Shown: positions 49,380 through 57,937 of the stretch, one piece after another | Layout of the letters: the number at the start of each line of letters is the position of its first letter | Position numbering within the stretch: the first letter of the stretch is position 1 | Virus record (IMG/VR): IMGVR_UViG_3300049472_000168 | Location: 74,266-138,265 of that record | Origin: a virus | Lineage: Duplodnaviria; Caudoviricetes | Direction: 5' to 3' (one strand) | Length of the DNA stretch: 64,000 nt | The notes under the pieces: generated by a model | The model's input: only the letters and a program-made list of their open reading frames with translations | The model's database searches: none | What the model was told of the DNA's origin: nothing | Program-made: the position numbers and the translations under genes

Positions 49380-49646
49380 TCAGTCCCAAGAACTGACTGT
49401 GAATCGATACGGATTTCTTCGTGACTCCCAGTTGCCATCAAGAGTTATGGCCCAGAACCGGTCTTCTGGATTGAAGATGTTGTGGAGGTCCAAGATCTCT
49501 TTCTTCTGTTCTGGGGCAAGCTCTGACCATGACCTATAACCTTGCGCCCTGAGATCTTGAGATTTCCAGTAGGCATCACCCATACGCCTGGAGACATCAT
49601 TGAAGTGGACATCGAACGGGTCTCGGCCTTCTCCTGGTAGTTTCAT
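49380..49646 (-). CDS. hypothetical protein
   Basis: ATGA overlap. Confidence 0.55.
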   Translation of the reverse strand: MKLPGEGRDPFDVHFNDVSRRMGDAYWKSQDLRAQGYRSWSELAPEQKKEILDLHNIFNPEDRFWAITLDGNWESRRNPYRFTVSSWD

Positions 49647-49870
49647 GGAGCGACCTTCTTCACATTTTCAATAATTCTCTTGGCCGCCCAAAGGGGCAAG
49701 GAGAATGACTTACCACTGTCTTTGTCACGTACTCCGAAGTCGGGATCGAATCCGTATACATCAACTCCAAGTATGGATTCTAGTTTGGATGAAATCTTAC
49801 GCCACTCATCAATATATTTTTTAGTGCTAGATGTTAGCTTGCCACTGGGGAGTCTGTGATGTTTATCCAT
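49643..49870 (-). CDS. hypothetical protein
   Basis: Operonic ORF. Confidence 0.55.
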   Translation of the reverse strand: MDKHHRLPSGKLTSSTKKYIDEWRKISSKLESILGVDVYGFDPDFGVRDKDSGKSFSLPLWAAKRIIENVKKVAP

Positions 49871-50215
49871 TTATTCCACCTCAGAGAGAAGACCTTCGTC
49901 GGTTTTGTACATGGCATAGTTGGTCTCGAACCAGGCCTTTACAGCCAAGTCAGTGTTTCGTTGCGAGAAGTAGGTATCAGGACAAGTATATCTAATGTCT
50001 GTCTCCAAGACTTTCTTGATCTCTGTGATGTAGGCGTCAAGGATTCTCTGCTTCTCCGAATCCTTCAGCTTCAGGATGTGCGTAGTATTGAACCGTGACA
50101 GCTTGGGTTCGCCAAGACAGTCAATAGCGTATTCTCGGACACCATCGATATAGACGAGCCCCGGGGCTCCGCTACCATCGGAATAGACCTCATCGATTTC
50201 AATCCTGATTTCCAT
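49871..50215 (-). CDS. hypothetical protein
   Basis: Start set by TTGACA-N17-TATATT-N6-ATG (50222-50250). Confidence 0.65.
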   Translation of the reverse strand: MEIRIEIDEVYSDGSGAPGLVYIDGVREYAIDCLGEPKLSRFNTTHILKLKDSEKQRILDAYITEIKKVLETDIRYTCPDTYFSQRNTDLAVKAWFETNYAMYKTDEGLLSEVE

Positions 50216-50246
50216 TTGATTAATATATCGAAGTACTCTGAAGATG

Positions 50247-50489
50247 TCAACTATTAAATACATCCTCTTCGGTTATGTCAAATGGACTCACCTTGTCCTG
50301 AAGTTCTTGGATCCCAGACGGCGTCAGCTTAATAAATGCCATCTTCAGTGCCTTGATCGTCGCGAAGGCTCCTGGCATCCAGACATCATTTCGACTCCAA
50401 ACATAGGCCTGTTTGCCACCAGTACGGGCCAATGGATAAATCACACCTATCCCGGGCTCTACCATTCCGCGCATTACTGATTTTCCCAT
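50247..50489 (-). CDS. hypothetical protein
   Basis: AAGGA SD. Confidence 0.5.
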   Translation of the reverse strand: MGKSVMRGMVEPGIGVIYPLARTGGKQAYVWSRNDVWMPGAFATIKALKMAFIKLTPSGIQELQDKVSPFDITEEDVFNS

Positions 50490-50505
50490 ATCTTCTTTCC
50501 TTTCG

Positions 50506-50578
50506 TGGGCCCTGTCGGATTTGAACCGACGACCACCGGTTTATGAGACCGACGCTCTAACCGCTGAGCTAAGGGCCC
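50506..50578 (-). tRNA. tRNA with CAT anticodon (Ile2-like, or Met)
   Basis: GGGCCCT acceptor; TCGGT-CTCATAA-ACCGG. Confidence 0.85.
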
Positions 50579-50850
50579 GTTGACTTCTTCAGGAAGTCTA
50601 AGATCTTGTCGATATCTTCTGTAGTCAGGATAACGGCAGGATACCAGGCACCGACATCGGGACCGTTCTGGCGTTTTTGGAGGATGTGGATTCTGCCTCT
50701 TTTATCTGCTTCGACGTATCGGTAGTATCTCACTTTGCCTTCGTGGGAGTCGGGCCCTTTCTTTTCCCATAGCGGGTGTCTGATATTCTCGCGCAGCAAC
50801 ACGGAGTTCTCCGGGAGCTGAATCGGCCTCATATCATATTCTTCATCCAT
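50569..50850 (-). CDS. hypothetical protein
   Basis: Start MDEEY immediately after tRNA-Leu. Confidence 0.5.
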   Translation of the reverse strand: MDEEYDMRPIQLPENSVLLRENIRHPLWEKKGPDSHEGKVRYYRYVEADKRGRIHILQKRQNGPDVGAWYPAVILTTEDIDKILDFLKKSTGP

Positions 50851-50852
50851 CG

Positions 50853-50933
50853 TGGGGACGGAGAGACTCGAACTCTCACGCCGTGAGGCAACGCACTCTA
50901 AATGCGCCGTGGCTACCATTACACCACGTCCCC
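50853..50933 (-). tRNA. tRNA-Leu(TAG)
   Basis: GCGCA-TTTAGAG-TGCGT; long variable arm GCC-TCAC-GGC. Confidence 0.9.
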
Positions 50934-51215
50934 TGGTTGCGCCCACGCCTTGATTTGAACAAGGATCTGCGTCGAGATCTGATCTTTGGTCATAGTCGAT
51001 ACGTTGAATGTCAGGGCGTGATTAAATCTACCCCCTGGGGTATAAAGAAAGAGGTTGCATTGAATGATTCCTGTCTCTTCTGGTGGTCTTGTCTTGACAT
51101 TCGCACTAAGTTTTACAGCGATGTCTCCTGTATTTTTACGAACCGTTCTAATGATTTTACCTATGTCAAGGATAGTGTCCTCTGCTATCTCTGCAATCTC
51201 GAAAGTGCTTTTCAT
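50919..51215 (-). CDS. hypothetical protein
   Basis: GAGG SD. Confidence 0.55.
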   Translation of the reverse strand: MKSTFEIAEIAEDTILDIGKIIRTVRKNTGDIAVKLSANVKTRPPEETGIIQCNLFLYTPGGRFNHALTFNVSTMTKDQISTQILVQIKAWAQPGDVV

Positions 51216-51735
51216 TTTGACCTCTTCAGATACATCCAGATCCAGCGGTAAGATACCGCAATGATTCCAATGGCTGGCAGAATTTCTTGTGGACAGATAT
51301 GCATGGTGTCATCCTGGCATCGGGGTGAGGTCTGGGTCTGAATGACGGCTATACTGGATGTTTTCCGGAGTCCCCGCCATTCTCAAGGCATATGCCAGGT
51401 CTTGGGCCTCGGCCTCGGAGAAGGCTATGGAGAGCGGATTGCCTCCTACCATAATTTTGAGAACCACAGGATTGGGCTTAATTTTTGAGACTGTCCATTT
51501 TACCGACATTTTGACCTCTTCGCGATTTTGGTACCGATCCACCCCGGAAACCAGAAAAGAGTAAATGGAACAAAAAGAAGAGGCCACAGAACCATCATCC
51601 ACATCCTGTCGGTGTAATTTTGTTTTATTGATTCCCACAGAGCAAACCGGCTGAGCATAAGTTCTCGGCCCTTCAGCACCCCTAGACAGAACAGACCCAC
51701 AAAAAGGACACTGAGGTAGATTGCAATATAGATTT

Positions 51736-52032
51736 TCACTCTCGTTGTCCTTTTTGTATTTTATAGCCATTCCTATAGGAATCAAATATCTTGTAATCCT
51801 CCGAGACGAAGTAGTACTGACGACCGATTTCCTTAGGGATTCCGACCAGAATCGCTGCGGCTATGGCTACTGGCCACAGTACAACGAATAGGAAATAGAA
51901 TCCTACCTTGAAGGGTTCCGACTTTGATCTCTTGGTCGGATACCTCCAGGCCGCATCTCGGTAGCCCCAGACCACGGCACCAAACATCAGGATGAGTAGA
52001 GAGATAAAACCGTAAATTGACAAATAAATCAT
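51736..52032 (-). CDS. membrane protein
   Basis: Two TMs with LWP motif; GAGG SD; similar to downstream ORF 51500..51739. Confidence 0.55.
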   Translation of the reverse strand: MIYLSIYGFISLLILMFGAVVWGYRDAAWRYPTKRSKSEPFKVGFYFLFVVLWPVAIAAAILVGIPKEIGRQYYFVSEDYKIFDSYRNGYKIQKGQRE

Positions 52033-52063
52033 TCCTCAAACCTATATTAAATAGCTTCTGATG

Positions 52064-52336
52064 TCAAATGTTTTTGTAACGATCATAGCTGCGAATAGGG
52101 GACTGTCGGTTGGTGTGTTTTGAAACAATGGAGTAAGGAATTCCTCTGCCTTTAATAGCCTCCAACAACAATCCGGCGTCACAGTCTTCTTCGAGGTACG
52201 AAGTCTGCCCATTGATATAGGAATACGAGGAGACTTTATCGGCAATTCCCAGACTGATAAGCAGAGCCGTCTTGACTGCGACCCAACCGTGGCCTGGGTC
52301 TGAGTAGAACTTAAGGACCAGTTGTTTTGTTTTCAT
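52064..52336 (-). CDS. conserved phage hypothetical protein
   Basis: FYSDPGHGWVAV...SSYSY...YLEEDCDA; promoter TTGCTT-N17-TATAAT-N7-ATG. Confidence 0.7.
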   Translation of the reverse strand: MKTKQLVLKFYSDPGHGWVAVKTALLISLGIADKVSSYSYINGQTSYLEEDCDAGLLLEAIKGRGIPYSIVSKHTNRQSPIRSYDRYKNI

Positions 52337-52433
52337 GAGACCAATTATATATCGGAGCCGATCAAAAAGCAAACAAATAATTCAAAATGATACTACCTTG
52401 ACATTTTCTTACTTCCTGATAGCATCAAACATC

Positions 52434-52679
52434 ATGCAGAGCAGAATTATTCTGGACAACTTCGGACTCATCGAAGTCGAAGATATAGGAACCGACCACT
52501 GTAGGGCTCTGGCCAAGGGCGACTACTACTGCGTCCCCCATCCCGTAGGTGGTCATTCCGAGGGTAAATACTACGTCATCACCGACAAGGTATTCCTGGC
52601 CCCAGACATTGGAGAGCCTTACTACCATATCTATGCATCATCTAGTGTCTATATCCATGAAAGTTTCAATAGGCCATGA
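52434..52679 (+). CDS. hypothetical protein
   Basis: Plus-strand TTGACA-N16-TAGCAT upstream (52398-52425). Confidence 0.5.
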   Translation: MQSRIILDNFGLIEVEDIGTDHCRALAKGDYYCVPHPVGGHSEGKYYVITDKVFLAPDIGEPYYHIYASSSVYIHESFNRP

Positions 52680-52921
52680 GCGAACCAAAAATTGTTCAGG
52701 TCTTGGAGGCACCTGAAAATCTGTTCATGCTGTATAGAGGTGGCCACAGGGAGCGAGTCAGGCTCCTGGCCCTGGTCCAGTCCCCAGGAGGCAAGACCAC
52801 AGTGGAAGCTCTAGAGCTGACTCAGGACGGATTCGAGCTGGTTAGCTCTAACCCAGATTTCCAGGGCATCTATTCTCCCGAAGACGGAATACAATCTTCA
52901 AAGGAGGACTCCGACATCTGA
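52676..52921 (+). CDS. hypothetical protein
   Basis: ATGA overlap. Confidence 0.5.
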   Translation: MSEPKIVQVLEAPENLFMLYRGGHRERVRLLALVQSPGGKTTVEALELTQDGFELVSSNPDFQGIYSPEDGIQSSKEDSDI

Positions 52922-53026
52922 GAATGATATCCACTACCCGACATAGACACCTGATTGAATCAGGATACCTGTGTCCTGGGCAGGAGTCTGGCTTTCCTTC
53001 CAACCAAAAACAAAGAGGAGAACCAG

Positions 53027-53728
53027 ATGCGAGCTATTAAAAAATGGGTTGTTTGTTGTCTTGTTGCGGCATTTATTTGGATCGGAGCCCCTGAGGTAGT
53101 TTCTCGGAAATCCGATGATATCACGTTCCAGGTCGAAGCCAGTTGTAAGGCTCCCTGCATCCCGGTCGGTGCCATGGTCGGCCCCATAAATGCCGAGATG
53201 GCCGACGGGCTGGAAAAGTTCCTGGCCTCTGCGAAAAAGTCGAAGGCTGTAGCCGTTGTGATCGGAATCGCCAGCCCCGGAGGCGATTTCATGGCGTCAA
53301 AACGGATTTTTGACACCATTAAGGCCTCTCCAGTTCCGGTTCACTGCTATGTTCAAGGCATGGCGGCTTCTGGAGCTTTCTGGGCTCTTCAGGCCTGTAC
53401 GACCAGGAATGTAGATCCCAAAGCCGTATTGATGGCCCACACCCCAAGGGCAACCTTCCACGGCACCGTAGTAGTCAATAAAGCGGCGGCATACTTTCTA
53501 CTAGAACAACTAATCAGTAGAGAGGCTCAGATGGTTCATGACTTGGCTCCTCGGATGGAGATGGAGGAATCCGCCATGATTCAAAAATTCAACGAGGGCG
53601 ACTGGGTGATGACACCAGAAGAGGCAGTTGCGGCTAAGGCTATTGATAGTATCGAATCCAAGGGATTCGGTAGCTATCTTGAAACCGTGACCTCCAAATA
53701 TAGGAATCAGAAATGGCGCCGCAACTAA
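53027..53728 (+). CDS. ClpP/crotonase-fold serine protease with N-terminal signal or TM
   Basis: IASPGG, GMAASGA, LMAH, MTPEEA...AID; GAGGAG SD; AATCTT at 52893. Confidence 0.8.
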   Translation: MRAIKKWVVCCLVAAFIWIGAPEVVSRKSDDITFQVEASCKAPCIPVGAMVGPINAEMADGLEKFLASAKKSKAVAVVIGIASPGGDFMASKRIFDTIKASPVPVHCYVQGMAASGAFWALQACTTRNVDPKAVLMAHTPRATFHGTVVVNKAAAYFLLEQLISREAQMVHDLAPRMEMEESAMIQKFNEGDWVMTPEEAVAAKAIDSIESKGFGSYLETVTSKYRNQKWRRN

Positions 53729-54114
53729 GACCCAATTCTACCACTGATATCTTGCTCGAAGCCCACGAGGACCGAATCCAGAAGGTCGAAAACGGGTTAT
53801 CAGCAATGAATAACCAGGTCCTGCCAGGTCTGGCAAGACTGGAGCAAATCGTCGTCCACGGCTTCGAGGCCATTCATAACAGATTAGACTACGGCGATTT
53901 GAGATTTACCAGGATAGAAGACGGCATCAAGGAAGTGGAACAGATCCAGACCCAATCCGGCTCCAGGGTCAGCGAGCAGCAGGACACCATCGATGATCTC
54001 AAGAAGGATATGGACGACAGAGCCGAATCCAAAAAGGCCATCAAGCGATGGGTTCTCGGCGCCATAGGTACAGTTGTCACCACTGCCGTAATTGCTTGGC
54101 TAGGTCTCGGATAA
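53713..54114 (+). CDS. coiled-coil protein with C-terminal TM
   Basis: Heptad pattern and terminal hydrophobic helix. Confidence 0.65.
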   Translation: MAPQLRPNSTTDILLEAHEDRIQKVENGLSAMNNQVLPGLARLEQIVVHGFEAIHNRLDYGDLRFTRIEDGIKEVEQIQTQSGSRVSEQQDTIDDLKKDMDDRAESKKAIKRWVLGAIGTVVTTAVIAWLGLG

Positions 54115-54173
54115 ACCGATAGGCAACGTCGGCGGTAGGAGCCCAGAGAGATTCCTGGGCCCAGACCTGACGC

Positions 54174-54368
54174 CTACACCAGTCTAGGATTTTTAAGCCA
54201 GTCATCTGACTCGAATTCATTGGTAGCCAGGAAGGTCTGGAGCTTATCGATATGGAGGCGAAGCTCCGTTTTTCGATTCGGGTCTGATACCTTCTTGTAG
54301 AGTTCCATGGATTCATAGAGGGCAGCAGCCGTCCGGTCTCGGTATTCCTGGTTCATTACGAATCTCAT
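54174..54368 (-). CDS. hypothetical protein
   Basis: TTGACT-N17-TATAAA-N6-ATG (54375-54403). Confidence 0.6.
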   Translation of the reverse strand: MRFVMNQEYRDRTAAALYESMELYKKVSDPNRKTELRLHIDKLQTFLATNEFESDDWLKNPRLV

Positions 54369-54597
54369 TTATCCTTTATATCTGACTCCAGGCCTGAAGT
54401 CAACAATTATTCGGCTGTCGGAAAAACATCAAATTGGCGTCTTTCAAGTTCGTGCAGACACAGTTCTACTGCTTCCTTGGCTTCGGAATCAGACCTCTCT
54501 TCGCCCGACACTTTTCCCAACAGCTCAATTGCTGTTGAGAGAAGTTCTTTCTTGCTCATCTTATTGAGATCGAGGAAGTGTTTTAGGTGAATCATGA

Positions 54598-55395
54598 CTA
54601 GGCCTCCAGCTCGACTGGTCCAGAAACAGCGACTCCGAACAGGGTCTTGGCGCAATCCCGACCGACCCAAACCGAGACCGGAGTCCCATCGGCTTGGTCA
54701 ACGACCAAAGGGATCCAGTTGTTGGTTTTGATGGCATGGCCACAGGCATGGCAGTTAGAGGTCTTGCAGGCAAAGCGGCTCTTGTTGTGGACGGTGCCCT
54801 GAGGCCAAACCAGGCGACCAACCTTGATCCAGGACTTCTTCCCGGCTTTGTCGGTGATTTCTTTTTCGATCCACTCCATGGGGCATACCCGAACCGTACC
54901 CATGTTGGCGACAACACCGAGACGCTCCATCGTAGCGGTTACGGTGGGCGACGCACCGAGGTATGAGATTTGGGGAACCGGACGGGTGGCGTCCAAACGG
55001 TCCATCGCCTCTCGTAGAGGAGCGATATCAGAATAGAATTGCTCGCCGATGTCAACAACTGCCTTCAGCTCTTCTGGGGCCCGATTTCGGATCGCAACGA
55101 AGTTGATGTCGCGAGCAGGACAGGAATAGCGCAACATGAAAGCAACCTCCCAGCCTCGCTCGTTCTGAGGAGTGCGGTAGTCTCCAATCGCTTCCAGAGC
55201 TTTGCCGTGCTTCTTCGCAATCTTGGCGGCTTCATTGGCCTTGCCAAGAGCGGCACGGACCTTAGTCGCAGCTTTAGGCAACCAGTAGCCCTGCTTTTCC
55301 GAAGCCTCAAGGAGGTCCATGGCTTCAATTGCATTGAATAGAGCCTTACCGCTGAACCACTTCAGAACCGATTTGTTTTCTGCTTTGATGTCCAT
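54598..55395 (-). CDS. hypothetical protein with C-terminal Zn finger
   Basis: CHACGH...VGRDCA; promoter TTGACA-N17-TATATT-N6-ATG (55402-55430). Confidence 0.75.
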   Translation of the reverse strand: MDIKAENKSVLKWFSGKALFNAIEAMDLLEASEKQGYWLPKAATKVRAALGKANEAAKIAKKHGKALEAIGDYRTPQNERGWEVAFMLRYSCPARDINFVAIRNRAPEELKAVVDIGEQFYSDIAPLREAMDRLDATRPVPQISYLGASPTVTATMERLGVVANMGTVRVCPMEWIEKEITDKAGKKSWIKVGRLVWPQGTVHNKSRFACKTSNCHACGHAIKTNNWIPLVVDQADGTPVSVWVGRDCAKTLFGVAVSGPVELEA

Positions 55396-55451
55396 TTAAT
55401 TAATATATCGAAGTCCCGAGAGGGTGTCAAAAGAAAAGTAATCTTTTCGAC

Positions 55452-55736
55452 ATGACTCATCGAGAATCAGACGGTGGCAATAAGTCAAGAAAGCTATGGT
55501 TCGCTGCGGGTACCTCTGTACTTATCGTAGTGGCCGGATACGTCGTGCCACCTGCCGTGGTCGGTGAGGTTATTGCTGGTCTGGTTAGCTGCTGTGCCGT
55601 TTATACCGGTGGTAATACCGCTACTCGTTGGGTGCAATCCAGGTTCCAAAAAACAGAGGATATTCCTAAAGAGGATACTCCCAAACCCAAGAAGCACGAG
55701 AAACCAGAAGACCAGCCACCCATTGAGCATGGCTAA
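55452..55736 (+). CDS. holin-like small membrane protein
   Basis: KSRKLW + two TMs + charged C-terminus; AATCTT-N6-ATG. Confidence 0.55.
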   Translation: MTHRESDGGNKSRKLWFAAGTSVLIVVAGYVVPPAVVGEVIAGLVSCCAVYTGGNTATRWVQSRFQKTEDIPKEDTPKPKKHEKPEDQPPIEHG

Positions 55737-56451
55737 GAGGAGAGCAATGATCAATTTAATCAAAGCGATTGCAGCCGAAAAGGTTGTGAGAAAACATAAT
55801 CCGAACTTTGAGATCCAACCCAAGGCCGATTCCAGAGTCCACAAGACTATTGGTAAGCTTTTGAGGGTTTTAGGCAACCCAGACTATCTCGAACAGTATT
55901 GGACAACCCTAGGCAATACCGCTAGCTACCCCACCAATCTGAGCGACGGTTTCGCTGAGGATAGCTGGCAAACTGTTCTACACGAAGGTTGGCATAGCAT
56001 CCAGAACCAGAAATACACCAAGTACCTGACTTCTGCTGCTTACTTAGTCCCTCAGATCTTCGGTATCCTGGCTGTCCTCCTGAACCTAATCGCAGCTGTT
56101 ACTGGATTCTGGAGCCCTTGGCTCCTGGTCGGATTGGTCTTTCTCGCTCCAATACCGGCTCCGTTCCGGGCTCTAATCGAATGGCCAGCATACAAAATCA
56201 GTATCGCTACAGACTTCTGGACTTGGGGCGACATCGAACCAAAGAAATATAAATCCTATGTCGATAAATATGTAGTGGAGGCCTTTGCTGGTCCCGGATA
56301 CTACTGGATGTGGCCTTTTAGGTCTTGGGTGAGGTCTGCTGTGATCCAACACATCGAAGATCTAAGAGCCAATAGAGTTAAAATGACTCCATACCTCCAA
56401 GACTGCAAAGACCTCTGCTTCAAGTTCAAGGGGAAGTCCAATAAAGCCTAA
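55729..56451 (+). CDS. membrane HExxH metallopeptidase-like protein
   Basis: VLHEGWH...E.PAY; two TMs; YYWMWPF. Confidence 0.65.
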   Translation: MAKRRAMINLIKAIAAEKVVRKHNPNFEIQPKADSRVHKTIGKLLRVLGNPDYLEQYWTTLGNTASYPTNLSDGFAEDSWQTVLHEGWHSIQNQKYTKYLTSAAYLVPQIFGILAVLLNLIAAVTGFWSPWLLVGLVFLAPIPAPFRALIEWPAYKISIATDFWTWGDIEPKKYKSYVDKYVVEAFAGPGYYWMWPFRSWVRSAVIQHIEDLRANRVKMTPYLQDCKDLCFKFKGKSNKA

Positions 56452-56585
56452 GCCGGTCGAAGACGACAAGTTCAGGCCCGTCAGGGTCCGCACCTCGACG
56501 TGCCCTAAGTGCAAAACTACGTATTACTCAGAACACGACTCCGGTAATATTATCGAGGGCTACTGTACGTGTTGTAACTACGAGG

Positions 56586-56780
56586 TTACCTATAGGAAGC
56601 CACCGAGGCCTTAGGCAGGATGTAGACTGGATATTCCTTCGGAAAATCCACCCTGCCATCGGTACAGATAATTCTTAGGGAGTCTCCAGCAATTGAGATA
56701 TGCTGGACCTCCCTGAAAGCCTCCTCGAAGGCGTCGAAGAAGATGTCGCCTTCGATTAGATCTGAAGCAGTTCTGATCAT
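56586..56780 (-). CDS. hypothetical protein
   Basis: ATGA overlap. Confidence 0.5.
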   Translation of the reverse strand: MIRTASDLIEGDIFFDAFEEAFREVQHISIAGDSLRIICTDGRVDFPKEYPVYILPKASVASYR

Positions 56781-57172
56781 GAGATTTCAAACAACAACTT
56801 CTCAAGTTCAGAGACCACGATATACTCAATCCTGTACTCAGAATAATTACCGTAGTAATCGTGTTCTGTTTCGGTATTGTCGTGAACCAGCTCAAGAACC
56901 TTCTTGTATTGAAGGTAGGTTATATTAGGTTTGAGATATTCGAGAACAATATCTAGAACCTTCCATTTATTTTTGGGTTCGTCTTCTACGAAGTCCGTGG
57001 CACCTGAGTCGCCATCTTCGTCAAAACAGCTACCACCTGCGGCTCCACCTGTTAGGTACCTCGTATAGATGACAGGAGTCTTGATCTTAATCGGGATACC
57101 GGATGGCTGTACGAAGACCCCCTGTCCGTAGGGGCATTTCTTGTTGATTTCTTCGATCATTGATTTGATCAT
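56777..57172 (-). CDS. hypothetical phage protein
   Basis: TGG..GGSC...L...PNITYLQY...DYYGN. Confidence 0.65.
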   Translation of the reverse strand: MIKSMIEEINKKCPYGQGVFVQPSGIPIKIKTPVIYTRYLTGGAAGGSCFDEDGDSGATDFVEDEPKNKWKVLDIVLEYLKPNITYLQYKKVLELVHDNTETEHDYYGNYSEYRIEYIVVSELEKLLFEIS

Positions 57173-57174
57173 AT

Positions 57175-57384
57175 TTAATCCTCGATATTGATGAGACCCT
57201 CGGTCTGTAGATCAAGCAAGACCTGATGACATTCTGGGCTGCAAACCGGAATCGCAGGTCTCGGGAACCGGTAGGATAGATAGCTAGTGGGTTCGCCGCA
57301 ATTCAGGCAGTCAGCGGTATCAATCGATTTAAAGACATCCTTCTCGATTTCTCGAAACGCCCAGGTGTCTTCGGGGTACTTCAT
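57175..57384 (-). CDS. small Zn-finger protein
   Basis: CLNC...CSPEC. Confidence 0.55.
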   Translation of the reverse strand: MKYPEDTWAFREIEKDVFKSIDTADCLNCGEPTSYLSYRFPRPAIPVCSPECHQVLLDLQTEGLINIED

Positions 57385-57387
57385 GAC

Positions 57388-57600
57388 CTAGACCTGGATC
57401 TCACCAGTCGTCCAGTCGATTTCTGCATCTTTGCCATAGGTCTCGACTACAAAATTTCTATAAACCAAGCGGCCTTCGACATAGAGCTTGCTGCCTTCGG
57501 CCCAGACCTTGTTGCCTTCGTCCTAGACCTTGTCGCCTTCGGCAAAGAGCTGTTGGCATTGATTCCAGGCTGCTTCGATTTTTGGATGTTTCGTCTTCAT
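57388..57600 (-). pseudogene. heptad-repeat family copy 3 with in-frame TAG (57523-57525)
   Basis: MKTKHPKIEAAWNQCQQLFAEGDKV*DEGNKVWAEGSKLYVEG...TYG...IDWTTGEIQV; promoter TTGACA-N17-TATATT-N6-ATG (57607-57635). Confidence 0.75.
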
Positions 57601-57631
57601 TTGTTTAATATATCGGAAAGGTCTGGGGATG

Positions 57632-57928
57632 TCAAGGAGACAGAGAATACCCACCCAATTTGGCACCTACACTGCTCACAAAAGCGGCTGCAAAGGCATC
57701 GAGGTCATCGATCCAAAGAGGAGAGCAATTCTTTCCGTGGAGCTGCCCTTGTATCAGTTCCTGGTATGTCAAAGGGAATGGAATCTGCAATTCCAATGAC
57801 TCAGCCACCTTCACAGCCCATGTACAAGCTAGAGAGCTACGAACAACGATATAGCCTCCGTGTTCAGCACACTTCTTGACTAGCTCTGTGGTTTTACCCT
57901 TACCTCTATCCATAATTACCGCTTGCAT
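57632..57928 (-). CDS. small P-loop-like protein
   Basis: RGKGKTT and LWIDD; GGAGG SD. Confidence 0.6.
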   Translation of the reverse strand: MQAVIMDRGKGKTTELVKKCAEHGGYIVVRSSLACTWAVKVAESLELQIPFPLTYQELIQGQLHGKNCSPLWIDDLDAFAAAFVSSVGAKLGGYSLSP

Positions 57929-57937
57929 CTTGACCTC

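Noticed and set aside
50850-50946. N-terminal extension of ORF 50569..50946
   Set aside because: It is a translation of tRNA-Leu; the real start is likely 50850
55564-55728. Long N-terminus of ORF 55564..56451
   Set aside because: Overlaps the holin-like gene in another frame; ATG 55729 at its stop is the more plausible start
709-57600. Diversity-generating retroelement explanation for the heptad family
   Set aside because: No reverse transcriptase in the window, and differences between copies are not adenine-restricted
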